Part shown: positions 9,496 to 22,487 of the stretch, piece by piece
Layout of the letters: every line of letters begins with the position of its first letter
Numbering within the stretch: the first letter of the stretch is position 1
Program-made: the position numbers and the translations under genes
Source of the DNA: Hyphochytrium catenoides
Lineage: Eukaryota > Protista > Hyphochytriomycota
Reading direction: 5' to 3'
Length of the DNA stretch: 39,019 nucleotides
Assembly: GCA_900088475.1 (NCBI GenBank)
Contig: FLMG01002943.1
Span: 1-39,019 of the forward strand
The notes under the pieces: generated by a model
Told to the model about the DNA's origin: nothing
Seen by the model: only the letters and a program-made list of their open reading frames with translations
The model's database searches: none

Positions 9496-12214
9496 CTGCA
9501 AGTGTCTGTAGCCTACAGCTAGGCAGCACAAAGTGGTGATTAGTCTCCTTCAGAGACGCGTAGTATCATTATTCATTGTTGTCTTTGAGGCTCCACCCGC
9601 TTCGATTATCTGTTTGGTTGAGAAAGAGGCAAGAGATGCCGCATTTCCTGGTCCATAGCACTATATTTAAGCACCAAAACTACTACATGTGGATGTCAGA
9701 CGCCTTCTTTCGATAGTCGACCTATCAAAGGGAACTGTCATTCGTGCTTCAATGATGGGAACCATCAACCTTCGTTTCCTCATGATGCTTGTGGTGTCCT
9801 AAATGCACCTGAGCTTAGAGTAGCTTTCGATTAGTTACAGCTTTAAGATGTACTCACTGTGATGTGCCCAGTACTCAATCCCGTATCCCACTGCAGCGAG
9901 CAAAGCGCAGGCATGTACAACTGGAACAAAGCTGCCATACCAATGTTAGAACCCTCCACACATCGTTGCCCGAAGATGATGTATGCTTACCTCCCTGTTC
10001 TGATGTATCTCTCCGCATAAGGCCGCATCACCCTCCTCAGCGTGGAATCTTGGTTTACGCGGCGGCCTAAGAACTAAGTAATAACCTTTGTCACACACCA
10101 GTGGACTTCTTTACCTAAGCAATAAGAGACCCTGCACTTCTTACCTCATCCATGTTTCTTTACTTCTTCCCTGTCGGCGACCGGCTGATGAATCCTAGTA
10201 TAGTTTAAAGTCGCAATGAAGCTCCAAAAATCCAAAAAGAATTGCATCTGAAAGACGGGGCTCTCTGCTGTCTTTCATCCGTAAAGTGCGGAAGTTCCTG
10301 GTTAACCCTGAAGATATTACTACTTCATATGCCCCTCATTATACATCGAAAGAGCTGTTGATGTGGGTATATTACTGCGAGTCAGTAAACAACTGGCTGC
10401 CTTCAGTGGCGTGCGAGAAAATCCATCCGCTAACCGCTAATTCCGCCTAGATCACAAATGTGGTAATCAGTCTTTAGTTTCAATGTTTAGTTATTGCCTG
10501 TACAATACAACGTACAACACAAGCAGAAAATCGAGAGAATGAGTCTGATTCTGAAGTTCTGAAGCTCCATCTGCAGATCTTGTTCTAGGAAGTTTGGAGT
10601 TCAGCACGGTCTTCGCTCTTTGCTCTGTGTACTCATCGCCATTCGTACAGAGAAATCACCCGGGACCAATGTCAGGAAATACAGCAAATCAGATGAGATT
10701 ATAGGGTATATTGGCCATCACCATAACAAATTCAGGAACGATAGCTTTTTCCACCTAAGGTATCTGATGCCTTTCATGACCTTACGAAACTCTGTCTGGG
10801 ACGAGAGGGTCTTCAGCTTTGTAGTACAGCACCTCCTAGCAGGTCCACCATTCCGGCACAGCAAACCGCGATATCCATTTGTCAGAGAACAACTGAAGAC
10901 TGCGGGTGAGCTCGTAACCCCAACATCGCATCTCCTGTTCCCTTACGTCATTGGCACAGAATCTGAGATCCCTTATGGGCTCTCAGTACCTTGTGGGAGT
11001 AAGCGCTGCTGCGAGAATCTTGGATGTTTCTTCGACAGCGTCATCTAAAGTCCCGAGCATCATCATGTGTACGGTTTTATAACTAGAGCCATTGGTTCTC
11101 TCTGTGAGCTCTCTTCAGCCTTGTCGAGCTTCCATAGAATCGCCTCGTTAGAGTATAACCATAGCCACAAACTCGGATACGTATTCACCTTTCGCCCTGA
11201 CGTCCATAATCTTCATTGCGCTTTGTAGTCTATATTCTATTCTTCAGATTATCGTAGGAGGAGCCATCTCGTAGCCCTCGATCAGCTTGTAAAATGAGAG
11301 ACACAGCTTTCTTCCTAGATCTCTTTAAAAGAAGTCAGCCTAGCTCTCTTTATGAGAGGTCAGCCCGTTGGATACGTTAAGAGGTTGAGACTTCTGATGC
11401 CTCGTTATATCGGGTACGAACGGATTTGATTCCAGCCCTGCTGATGAAGAGCTGTCTTCGAAAGCTCTTCTACTAGCTGTTCTGTCCTCTACCTCTTGGC
11501 CACCTCCGTATCTCTGGATAGGCACTAGCTCCTTGAAGGCTATCTTCGACGTCTGTGTCTGGGGTTCATCACCTAGCAAGTTTTCACAGTTTAGCGCAAC
11601 CATAAGACATTCGAGGTAGCATAATTGCTCTTTCTGTCTACTATCTTCACATCTGATGATGTATGTCAACTTTCATACTTTCTGGGACGAATTGTGGTCT
11701 TTATGAAGGAAGTTGACTGTTAGACAAGCTATTACCCTTAGCGCCCGTCCAAGATGGTGTTGTCGAGGCTCATCGCAAAGGAAAGAGAGAGTGTTAGTTA
11801 GCCATCATCACTCAAGAGCAGAGGGAGTGCACTTTCGTGACATCAAAGCAGGCACCCAGAGGATCATCTGACGACTTTCATGTGCCTTTCTCCTTATAAG
11901 CCTTAGATCCGAGGATGAGAAGGAAAAGACGGCAAGCTAGGGCTAAAGGCTGAAAGTGAAAACAGTGTATGTCTTTATAAATAGAGAAGCTGCCTAAGCG
12001 AACGGACATACGGCCTGATGGCGCTTCATGACAACAAAATCTCACAAATAAGATCAGGCCGCTAGAGTCATGATGGGGCTGGCAGCCTCCGTCTGACTCT
12101 TAGAGCGCCCACGAGTAAAGACAGCTGACCGTCTATGTCTCCGGTTGTACTTGTCTAGAACGGCGTTAGACACCTACGTAGCCGACAAGAGTAAGTCACT
12201 CTGTATACGAATAA

Positions 12215-13541
12215 TCAACAATATATAGAGTAAGGCTTTACCTTTCTTTGGTCCGTTTTGTCGCACTCGGCGCTCTTCTGTCTACTATCAGCTCTGAAAA
12301 TCTTTGTTCCGCTTGCTACAAGCTTCTCCGTGGCCTCAAAAAGAGAGAAGCGAACCTTTTTCTCTGGGCTGTCTCGCTTGCCTTGCCTTCCACTACTCCT
12401 CCCATCGTCCGAAGTAGCTCTACTGGAGCGAGAGGAAGTGGTCTCCCTTTCGGTGATACGTTTCTGTGAAATGATGTTAGACCCTGCGACTTCTGATTCC
12501 ATATCCTTGCCATGAACCCTTCTAAATCCGCTCAGTCGGAGTCTAGACTGAAGCGTGACGCCCTTGTATCTTCTTTGGAGCTTATTGACAATCCAAAGTG
12601 TAGCAATAGATCTTTCATAAAGGTTCTCTCACGTCTACCCTGACCCTTATCCTTCTCAATTCCTCTGTATCTCCTTCTTGCTAGTTGCACGTTATTTCTT
12701 GCGTCTTATATCTGCGGTCTCTGTTCACCAGCGCCAGAATAGTGAACTTCTGGGACGCTTGCGCTTACCTCATAATCTTCGATCTCTTTCTCCAGCTGCT
12801 TACACTTGGCATCGCGTACCACGTTTAGGAGGGCTCCGTACTCATCGTTACAGCTGGCGATTTCCTAAAGACGCCACATGGTGAATATAGGGATCTGCCT
12901 TCACAATCCTTTGCCCTAGCTCAACGGGGCGACGAACCCTTCTGATTTCCTCTAACAAGCGATATACCATCATTGTGGTGAGCTATACATCTACAGTTAC
13001 CCCGAAGTTCCCCTCTGCATCTGTTCGCCTCGTCCTTTCAATCTTCTTATGACTACGTGGTGGGAAATCATTTACCTGAGAGTCCTTAAAGGGCCGCCGA
13101 CGCCAAAGGAGTAGTGCCTTGCACCATCTGCGCCTGACCTCCACGCAGCTAGCGCTCAGGATCATTTGCTTCTGCAGAGGGTCGACCTTGTATCTATCGC
13201 CCATGACATGTATCTCATTCGCTATCACGGTGAATCTGTGAGGATAGAAGTTCTCATCTGGAAGAGCCTTCACAGAGACCTAAACGGAGACAATGGACCC
13301 ATTGAGGGAGCTGATGTGAGAATAAATAAGCTCTTAGACAAGGAATATCAGCCCAGCCCTTTGCAGGCATTCAAGCACGCGGCTAGTAAGAGGTAAGCGG
13401 AGGAGTATGTAGAGCCGCACCTTGTGCTTCGTAAGCTCAAAACTGCCTAGGAGAGATTCATTTTCATGCTCAAAGAACTGCAGGTTGCCCTCATTGATGG
13501 CAAAGTAACAGGGTACAGGCTCCCCTTCTTCCGGATGCAGC
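12215..13541 (-). CDS. PH-domain protein B (5' end lost in N-gap; 3' exon tentative)
   Basis: Exons 13421-13541+, 13076-13279 and 12769-12864 are GT-AG and phase 0; a last exon within ~12215-12630 is tentative. Core reads EPVPCYFAINEGNLQFFEHENESLLGSFELTKHKVSVKALPDENFYPHRFTV...MILSASCVEVRRRWCKALLLW. Confidence 0.72.
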
Positions 13542-13569
13542 NNNNNNNNNNNNNNNNNNNNNNNNNNNN
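13542..13569. other. Assembly gap (28 N)
   Basis: Run of N beside a CT microsatellite; it truncates the PH-B exon. Confidence 1.
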
Positions 13570-14041
13570 TCTCTCTCTCTCTCTCTCTCTCTCCCTCTCT
13601 TCTCTCTGTGTGTGTATGTGTCCTTTGGCTTCCCATCATCTGTCGCCTGGAGGACGGACAGCTTCAACCTTCCTATCAAGCCACATCATATCTCCTATTT
13701 ATTCGTAATACGACTAGCCAGATATCTTGCATCCCGTATCTATTAATATTTATCAAGAACCACTGTTGATTCTTATTTGCCGTCTATTCGTGTTGTGTAG
13801 GTTACTACAGTCATTAACCATAACAAGCTATCATTACGTTTTGATGGTTGAGCCCCAGTGATTCTTATTTAGTAATATTCTCTGACATGGTCCTGCTTTG
13901 AAGCTTAAATGTTAGGGTTAGGGAACCGTATATGGGTTTAGTAATGCGAAGAAAGCTGTGCTAATAATAACAAAGGGACTGTTGACCCAAAATAAGCTCA
14001 GCCAGAGGAAAAAATGTAACGGATGGAATCCTAACCAAGAG

Positions 14042-14061
14042 NNNNNNNNNNNNNNNNNNNN
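14042..14061. other. Assembly gap (20 N)
   Basis: Run of N. Confidence 1.
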
Positions 14062-14750
14062 CATGTTGCGAGAGAGAGACACAGGAGAGAGAACAATGTG
14101 TGAGAGAGAGAGAGGGAGGAGTACATGGGGGCAATTGGTGGGAAAGGAATCTTATCCAAGGAGGAAACATGAAGCAGCGTGGCATCTCGCCAATAGTTTT
14201 CTGTTCGGACGATGCATGGTCCAGGGCCACAGGGCCCTCTCATAATGATGAGAAGGGCAACTGCCCGGTGCGGCAATTGTCAAGTTACAAAGAAAGAATG
14301 TCCTTCTTTTCTCCCTCATCAAGAACCCATCACTCTCCCTATCTTTGAGTCAGCGTGGGCTATATCGGGAAGGCGATTGCCAGATCTTTTGCTGCGCTGA
14401 AAGATTGGCGAAGAGTGAAGAGAGGATGACGCAAGTTAGACCAGAATAAGTCCATGATCTCTATACCTTAGGCCTCCCATTCCCTATCTTGCAGATGGCG
14501 GCCGAGCTCTGGCGCAGAGCTGGAGGGGGCTTGCCTCCGGCCAAATCCTCGTTTGATGGGCTCACACTTGCCCCATGCAAGGAAGTGCAATGCCAGGATA
14601 CCTAAATATATATTCCAGTTGCCACGAATGATATTGACACTCACTCTCTCTCTCTTTCTAACCCTGATCATCCATCCCTTTCTGCCTGTCTGCTGGACCT
14701 GCTTCTCTCCTGTCTCTGCTTCGAGCCACTGGCTGCATCTAGCATATCTT

Positions 14751-17700
14751 TTAGATTGCCTCTATAGCACGTGACCGTCTTGTCGAGTTGTAAATGCTAA
14801 GGAACACAAGGACTGCTGTGAGAGCTGCTACCACGAGCTCATGGTCCTTGTTGGGTCGCACCCCTAGACCAACTTGGCAGATAGCCCAGGAAAGAGACTC
14901 CTTGGAGAAGACGGATGAGAGGCTATCTGCTTCTGACCAATCGAACTGTGAGCAATATTCCTCAGGTGTCATACGAGGGCAGCCGTTCAAAGGCCTATGC
15001 CAGCCGAACTGTGCTATAGCTTGCGTGACAGATGGATTCTCTCTCTGGATGACTGGTAGGTATTCTCCTTTCTTCCTTCTTGACCACCAAGAGGAGAGCG
15101 AAGCGTTTCTCGCTATGATCTCAGCGTTCGGCACAGTTCTGGCCCAAGCGGAATCCCAGCGTGTGAAGTCATAAACATAGAGAGAAGCCCTTACAAATCT
15201 GGGTGGTCTCTCCTTGAAGGGATACTGCTCGGTGTCCAAGAGAGAGAGGACAGGTTGGCAGTCCTCGAGTATTTTATCAATAAGGTGGATAAACCAGCCT
15301 GGGTAGTGAGGCGCCGAGCCTAGGGCAGCGAACCACATCTAGGGAGTCAAAAAGAGAGACAGAGAGACAATAGGCAGGCGGAAGAATGTTTAGTAAGCTA
15401 TTAGTTCAGAAGACTCACTTTGCAAGAACGAGATCGGACTAGGAACCAGAGCCATAATAGAACTAAGAGAGCACATGACGATGGTACGGAGATAAGTCTG
15501 TTGAACGATGCCAAAGGTTTGGACCATTGACTTAGCTAGAAGAGGTCTACCTTTGTGACAAAAGATGCGAAGAACAAGGCCAAATACCTGCCAATCAAGT
15601 CGTGGTTGGTGCGGTATCACGATCTTTGGAGCCTGGTAGACGTCTCCTGGCTTGTAAGAGAATGGTATCTCTGTCCACTTGCGCCCGTCCAGAGAGCCCT
15701 CAATTATAATCTCAGGCCTAACAGCAAACTGTCAGCGCCCACACATCGTTCGCCCTCTGACTGAACTTGCGTTCGTTCCTCACACCCAACTTGTCTCTTT
15801 CGTATAGCTTCAGGACTTCAATCCTTACTGTTTCCCTTTCTGTCACCTATCTCTCGACCACATTTTCCCTCTTAGGTCCCTTTTCTCTTTCAAGGCCTCT
15901 GTCTCTGTTTCTTCCTGGCTCCCTCGGTCTCTTCCTTGCTCCTTCTTTCTCTCTCTTTCTCTCTGCTGTCTTCTCCCTTCTTCTCTCTCTCTCTCTCCGT
16001 CTCTCTCTCTCTCTGTCTCTCGCCGTCGCTCCACAAGGCTTTTCGCTGTTCGAGGGGCCTTTACTGGTGTACCTAGCCACTGGCCCGGCCCCGTCTATTT
16101 GTTCAGTCCGACCTCGAGTTCACTCACCTCTCAACTACCGAGGGCTCCACCCCTGCCCAGCCCTTAACACCGCTTTCTTCTGCCTTTCCGACTCCAGTCA
16201 TTCTTCTAAAGAGTCCATATCCAGAAGTGATCATGAGACCCTTTTCCGCCTGAGCTTGATACGCCTCCAGAGCGTGGTGAGGGAGTGTGCTGCGCAGGGA
16301 GTTGCTTATCGAGATGAGAGGCACAGAGGACAGAACAAAAAGGGAAAGAGAGAGGACACCAAGAGATACGGCCCTAAACCCCTTCAAATACTGGAAAACG
16401 ACGCTTCCTCTTGACGAAAGCATCTCTCGCCTAATGGAATAGATAGACACCGCAGCCAACAGAAGCCCAAAGGCCCATATGATAAATGGCAAGCTGCTAT
16501 CTACCCAGACCTATTAATGAGAGGTGAGAGCTAGATCGTGACGAGCAAGAAGTAGCTAGGCAGGAAGTAGAAAGGCAGGCATTATAACATAAGTAGGTAG
16601 ACATACGTTACAGAGAAGAGGAAAGCACAGCGGGAACTTGTTCAGAGTGCTTCTAGAGCTCTGAGAGAAGAGCGCGATCCTACCTGCATCTGCTCCACAG
16701 TAAATGCTGTCTTTATATTCAGGTACTCCAATGATTCTTCTCGATGGGTGTAAACCACGAACATATGAGAAAGGCAAAGGGAAAGCAAAAGGACGGTCAC
16801 TGTCCACAGACCAGTGGATGACAGAAGAGCCGATGTGGTGCTCTGGTCGGGTAGAGCAGAGGAGAGCCCATCATCTTCTAGACAAGGGATATTGAGCGCC
16901 ATCGTTAGCAGGTTGAAGAAGTTATAGTTCCCTGTAAGAATGATCATTATCTGCCATTCGTGGGTAAGCACAATGGTTAGAGTTTCGAAGTTTGTACGGC
17001 ACATGAAGAGCGATATTTTGCAAGGGAGAAGAGATCTTCAGATAGACCAACAAGTGTAACAACTCTGATGGTAGGACGACAATAGAGAGAGAGAGAGAGA
17101 GAAAGAAAGAAAGAAAGAAGGCGACGCAGTGCCAAGAAAAGAAGAGAAGCTATGACCTAGATTGATCTGCTGTACCTGCAGCTGTATTTGTAGGCAAGCT
17201 CCTAGTACTCTCAACCTTCTTATAGGCATTATAAGGAGCAGGGTGCACGGGATCTCAATCAAAAGGGTCGCCGCCACTGACAGACGACTGAAAAATGGGT
17301 GAACTTGGTGCCCATACCAAGAGAGGGGGTTGGCCAGTGGCTGTGGATAGAAGAGAGAAAAGACCTCAGACAATGACACCACGGAGTAGGAAAGGCACAC
17401 ATTGTTTGGAAGGGCGAGAAAAGGCAAGGACTTTCTGTGTCTCCTCACCTCAATCTTAGCTGCAGGGAGGGCGTACAGAGAGAGATAGGGGCAGAAGTCA
17501 CAGCATGGGCAGTAGACGTTTTACCTGGGTTGCAAAATGATACTCTAAGGCGGTCAGGTTTAGCCAGGTGGGACAGTGAGCCTGCACCTTCACCACCCCT
17601 GCCATCAGCATGAGCTTGAAGAATATCCAGCGTAGAAGCCATACAATCGGCACACGATTACTCTGTCTCGCAGAAAAGCCCCAAAAGCTCGCATAGAAGA

Positions 17701-18349
17701 TAGAGATAAAGCCCACCTCTAGGAGAAGAATATCCCATTGGAAGGACATGAAGGTCTGTCCAACGTGGAACAAAGAGAGATAGATTGCCCACAGAAGGAG
17801 AAAAAGGAAGGAGTTATGCCATCCCAGGGCAGTCAGAGCACTGAAGACCAGACCAAGGAGGCAGAGCAGCTCGTGGAAGGCATCAAAGTCTATTCTGGGC
17901 CCCAGTTCGTTGGCCCAAGAGAGTACGGGAAGACGCAGATAGAGAGAGGAGAAGGCCTTAATGAACGTTAGGGTGTCTTCTGTGTGAGGAACCTCTCCAA
18001 GCCTCTTCTTTATATTGCTGAAGTAGGTCTCTGCAGGCATCAGCCCATGCCTGCCTACTAGGCCCGGGTATTGAAGATAAAAGGACAGAATGGCTGCGAA
18101 GTAGAGAACACCAAGGGAAGAGAGAAACCGCGGCCTCCATGGCGATTCTCTCGCGCTGTTCTCATCTCCGCCGCCCAGAAGTGCATTTGTGCCATCTGCG
18201 CTGATTGTGGTGGGGCTGCCATCATGACCTTTACCAGGTCCGTCATAATCATGGCCCTTATCCTTCTCTGTCGGGCTTTCATGACCTCGGGGACCTCCTG
18301 CCCTTGCTGAAGTGGTTGTCGGCCGCTTCCTCAAGTTAACTCCTGACAT
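14751..18349 (-). CDS. Lipase maturation factor family protein (LMF2-like), 6 exons, 785 aa
   Basis: Exons 17525-18349, 17176-17340, 16684-16950, 16128-16510, 15588-15717, 14751-15338, phase-consistent, 2358 nt. LMF motifs: GLVGRHGLMP, VGQTFMSFQWDILLLEVGF, FKLMLMAGVVK...CPTWLNLTALEYHFATQPL, ILTGNYNFFNLLT, YGLFRRMTG, RPEIIIEGS, YKPG...PHQPRLDWQMWFAALG. Confidence 0.95.
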
Positions 18350-19508
18350 ACTTCATCAGAGGGTCAATCAGCCTGTTAAACACTGGCTTTTAAGCCTACG
18401 CAGAAGAAGCCTAACCACCTCCTTCTCTTCTCACAGGGACAGATTATCCAATGCCCCTGCAAATCCCTTGATCTCTGAAAGTCTGCCATCAGCCCCGAAG
18501 TCTCAAGAAAGTATCCGTGCGTCCGATGGCGCCAAACATTGGATTTTCCTTGGCCGAGAAAACCTCTGTCACTTCCTTTGCTGTAAGTCAAATATTACCG
18601 TTAACCACCCGTAACGAGTTCAAAATCATCTTAAATGCGTCAATGTTAAGCCGCCTCTACGAGTGTTAAAAGTGCCTTGAAATTAGAGGCTTATTGTCCT
18701 AGAACTACTTATATTCCCAGAACCGATGGTATACTGAAAATACGACTTAATAGGGGAAAAGCGAAAGGTCATAAGATCTCTTCTCATTCTCATGCAGCAC
18801 CAGGCAGTGAGACCACCAGCTCATCACTGGGCAGAGAAGAAGCGGGTTGAACGCCTTTGTTTATCTTGGCTCAAAGAGGAGAAGCGCTCTTGGAAAGGCA
18901 GATGCGAAAACTTTGCTATCGGAGACGCACGAGGACTGTCGGGGCAAGGGCAGGGTAAGGGAAAGGAGCTTCCTCTTATGGAGCTACGAGTAGGAGAAGG
19001 GCCCATGAGCAGGACTACCTTAATCAGCACTTGAAGGGCAATGGCGCGATAGTACAGAGTAGCAAGTTAGTTGTAGGACAGCTACGTCTTGTTGAGCACT
19101 TTCACCATGCTCAAAAAAAGGCAGATGGCTTGGTCTGCAATAGGAGAAGTCCATTTGAATTCATTCATACTGAGGGAGTGCAAAGGACAGGTTCACTCAA
19201 CACGAGGGAGTCAATAAATAGGTTTAAAGATTGCCACGGAGGATGGCTGCCCTTGTGATCAACAGAGGCTTGAGATAGATCGTAAGCACAAAGTGAGGCG
19301 TGCTCCACGAGACGACAGAGGTACAAGAGGTGGAAAATGCTATGGAACTAGGAAACTGACAATGACCTGGCAAAGAGGGCGCAGTGCGCCAGAGACCTAG
19401 AGAGACAGACTAAAGAGAATGAGAAAGACTCTTTTCAGGTAAGGCCAGAGGAAAGAAATGGCAGTGGGAGAGAAGAGAGAAACAGTCTTCCGTCCGACTT
19501 GCTCTCTC

Positions 19509-22315
19509 CTAGCAGGGTCCACAGACTGGAATATTGCTCGACAGGACGAGTGTGAATTCTCGAGATAAATTTTGCAGAGACCACTTGCCCGTCATTCTTC
19601 CGTCCACTCGCACTCCTTCATAGGAGATCACATGCGTCTTATACGCCTTAGAGAAGGTAAAGGCGCCGTCTGTGACGCTATAAAAAGCCCCATAGACGCT
19701 GAAAGGCCCGATAGAGTCGATTCCAAAGCCTCTCATTATCTTCCTTCCTCCTCTCGTCGTACTCTCCATCAAATGCACTGACATTGGATGCTCTGTACCG
19801 AACTGAATGAAGTGTCCGTCCCAGGTCGAGACCACCGTATTGCGGATAACGGACCTGCTCCCCTGGGAGTCAACCTCCTGCAGAATAAAGTCGAACTCAC
19901 CCTGGCTCTGACTGCTCGGCAGCTCCCAGCGCCCGGTAACTCTTTCTTCCTTGAGGATCCCGTTGTAATGTACCACGTAGGTTCCATAATCCTTCTCGAA
20001 GTACACGCTGCCCGCCGACAGAGGTGCAACAGAAGAGGCGGACTGCAAGGTGCCACTTATCTTGAAGGATCCAAAGACGTCCATCCCCTTTCCTGACAGG
20101 GCGCCGCCTGCCCCTACCGTCAGTTTCACCTCTATAGCATAGCGGTTTGACCGATAGGTGTAGAAGCCAATGCATTGGTAGCTCTGCGGCAGAGAAAAGG
20201 ATGGAGGAGGTAGGGAGAGAGGAGGGGAACTCAATGAGAAGGAAGGGAGAGAGGCTAGTAACCCCGTAGAGGGAGAGGGGGAAGCAGACGCAGAGAGGAG
20301 CAAAGATGTCGGAGGAGTTTCGGGCGAGATAAAGGGTGTTCCACAAGTGTGCGGCCATCCCTCTTGATCCTCGGAGATGGAAGGCGAGGGAAATGTAGAC
20401 AGCTCTGGAGGAAGAACTTCAGGCTCCTCTTCTCTCTTCTCTTCTGCTTGTGTCTCTTCTCCCTTGCCCTCACTGCTGAAAGAGATGCAGTCAGCGCCCT
20501 CTCCTAAATTCCAGTCCAAGGTCATACTCGTCCCATAGGTTTCTTGGAGCTTCCACCTCAGGCAGCGGAGGACCTCTCTCTTGATAGCATTTATCTCTTC
20601 CTCTTCATGCTGTCTCATCCTGATGATGCTCTTCCTTTTTCTCTCTATTTGCCGCTTGACCTCTTCGGCAATATCAACCCGGATAAGCCCTCGGACCACT
20701 TCTAAGGCCAGAGAGAACTCAAATTTGGCAGAAGAGACATCACCAAAGGAGAGCGTCGCCTCTGACGATAGAGCAGATGAGATGAATCTCGCTACTCCAG
20801 CACCCGTAATCCTGGATGAGGGAGGTAGTTCTGCTAGCTTTAAGTTGGGCATCCTTGCCATTACCAGGAGACCCTCATCGGAGAGAGAAGACAGAAAGAG
20901 ACTCTCAGCGTCCTGGGTTGGCTCCTCAGCGTGGAGGCAGCGGATCCTTGGGCAGTGAGCTTGTAAGGAAGCCAACAGTGCATCCGAGGTGACAGCTGCA
21001 TTGGATGTTAATGGGGCAAGCGACAGGGATATAGATGGCACCAAACAATACGCCCAGGAGACAGCACAAAGCGTAAAGCGCCACAGAGGTTATGAGGAGA
21101 CCGAGGGGAGAGGAAAAGTTAGTCGGGTGGCCATTTACGAACTTCACTCAGTCCCTTACCATTCATAAAGTCTCTTCCCTGAATGCAAAGCTCTTCCAAC
21201 GCCGGGCAGCACCTCAGCAGCGCTTCGATATCTCTGTGCAGCGCCTCATTGGATGGAAGAACTCCTTCTCTCTCCCTTTCGCCCAGGCTGGCGATAGGAG
21301 TCTCTACTAGCTTTAAGCTTCTAATGCCCATGATGGACGCAGAGCTCATCGCCTGCACGAAGGAAAGAGAAGAAGCGCTTGTGGGAGAGAAATCTGCAGA
21401 TGTGAGCTCCCATCTGCAGAGATTCCGACAGTTCTCGAAGAAGTAACGCAGAACAGCGGGAGAGGGACCATTGCTAGCAGTGCGAGGACAGTCTAACGCC
21501 TCCAGACTTGGCGCCAAGTGAGAAAGAGACCCATAGAAATCATCCCCAAAGCCATCTGAGCCCAATAGAGGGCGAGAAAGAGATAGCGAGCGGAGGCCTC
21601 CATTAGCCTTTTTCCATCGAAACAGAAAGAGAGAAAAGGCTTCTGCCGTCGGGCCATAGACAGACAACTTCAGTCTCTTCTTTTTCCCTTGAGGAGACTG
21701 CCAAGCTTCAAACAGCGTAGTGTCATACATTTGACTCTGCACTGCGTGGCCTTTCAGTGTTAGCGATGTGACTCTGGGGCAGTACCGTGAGAGCAGGTCT
21801 AGCACCTTGTTCGTACCCATCCAGGGAGGAATGGACCTGGAGGTAGCACTAGCAGACGAAGAGAAGTTATGATACTCGAGCGAGAAAGAGCGAAGAAGAG
21901 AGAGAGATGTGACAAGCTCTTCCCAAAAAGAAAGAGAGGAAGGGCCCACATCATTGGGACGGAGAATGAGGCTGAGGCTGAGCTCCTGAATCGGTTGTTT
22001 GTGCTGCCTGATCACCTGCACCAGCTCCGAGAGAGAGCTTCTAAAGTTGTTAAGAGAGAGAGACGTCTCTTCGTCTCCCTGTCTCTCATCTCCCCTTCCT
22101 GCGGCGCTAATTGAGCGCAACATCCTGGAGAGCCTATAAAACTCTTTGGAGACGACCGACAGACTGTGAAGAGAAAGAGATGAAGAGGCTCCTCCTTCTT
22201 CCTCTCTTCTCTGTCCCTGGTCCAGGGTGAGGCAGAGCACTCTCAGCAACAGATGCTCTGGGAGAGAGAGTAATCCTCTCGTCGGTCGATCAGCAGCCAT
22301 GCCTAAGATAGCCAT
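19509..22315 (-). CDS. F-box / leucine-rich-repeat (RNI-like) protein with two C-terminal beta-rich repeats, 2 coding exons, ~880 aa
   Basis: ORFs 21119-22357 and 19509-21044 join in frame through a GT-AG intron at 20996-21159 (G|GTAAGG...TGCAG|CT). N-terminal F-box-like LLSLPEHLLLRVL...LSVVSKEFYRLS. Cys-containing LRR turns LSRYCPRVTSLTL, FFENCRNL, LRCCPALEELCI, LQAHCPRIRCL. The start ATG (22315 or 22300) is uncertain. Confidence 0.75.
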
Positions 22316-22452
22316 CTCAGTGCCCGAGAGAAACCGATGCTTGCGAAAGAAGGGCAAATCGACAAAACTAATGCAAGAATGAAAGATAGGCAGAGATTAC
22401 GTGCCAGAGGGAAAGGACGGACTGTCGTGGCAATAGAAAGGTACAGAGAGAC

Positions 22453-22487
<35 letters not shown>

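Noticed and set aside
10620-11048. 142-aa plus-strand ORF
   Set aside because: Non-ATG start, no recognisable motif and no supporting exon chain.
13912-13923. TTAGGGTTAGGG telomere-like motif between two N-gaps
   Set aside because: Only two units; too short to call a telomere or an interstitial telomeric array.
18792-19258. Short ORFs between the LMF start and the F-box gene stop
   Set aside because: No motifs; more simply the 3' UTR or intergenic DNA.
21044-21119. Apparent frameshift or split between the 412-aa and 511-aa ORFs (pseudogene or two genes)
   Set aside because: Resolved by a canonical in-phase GT-AG intron at 20996-21159.
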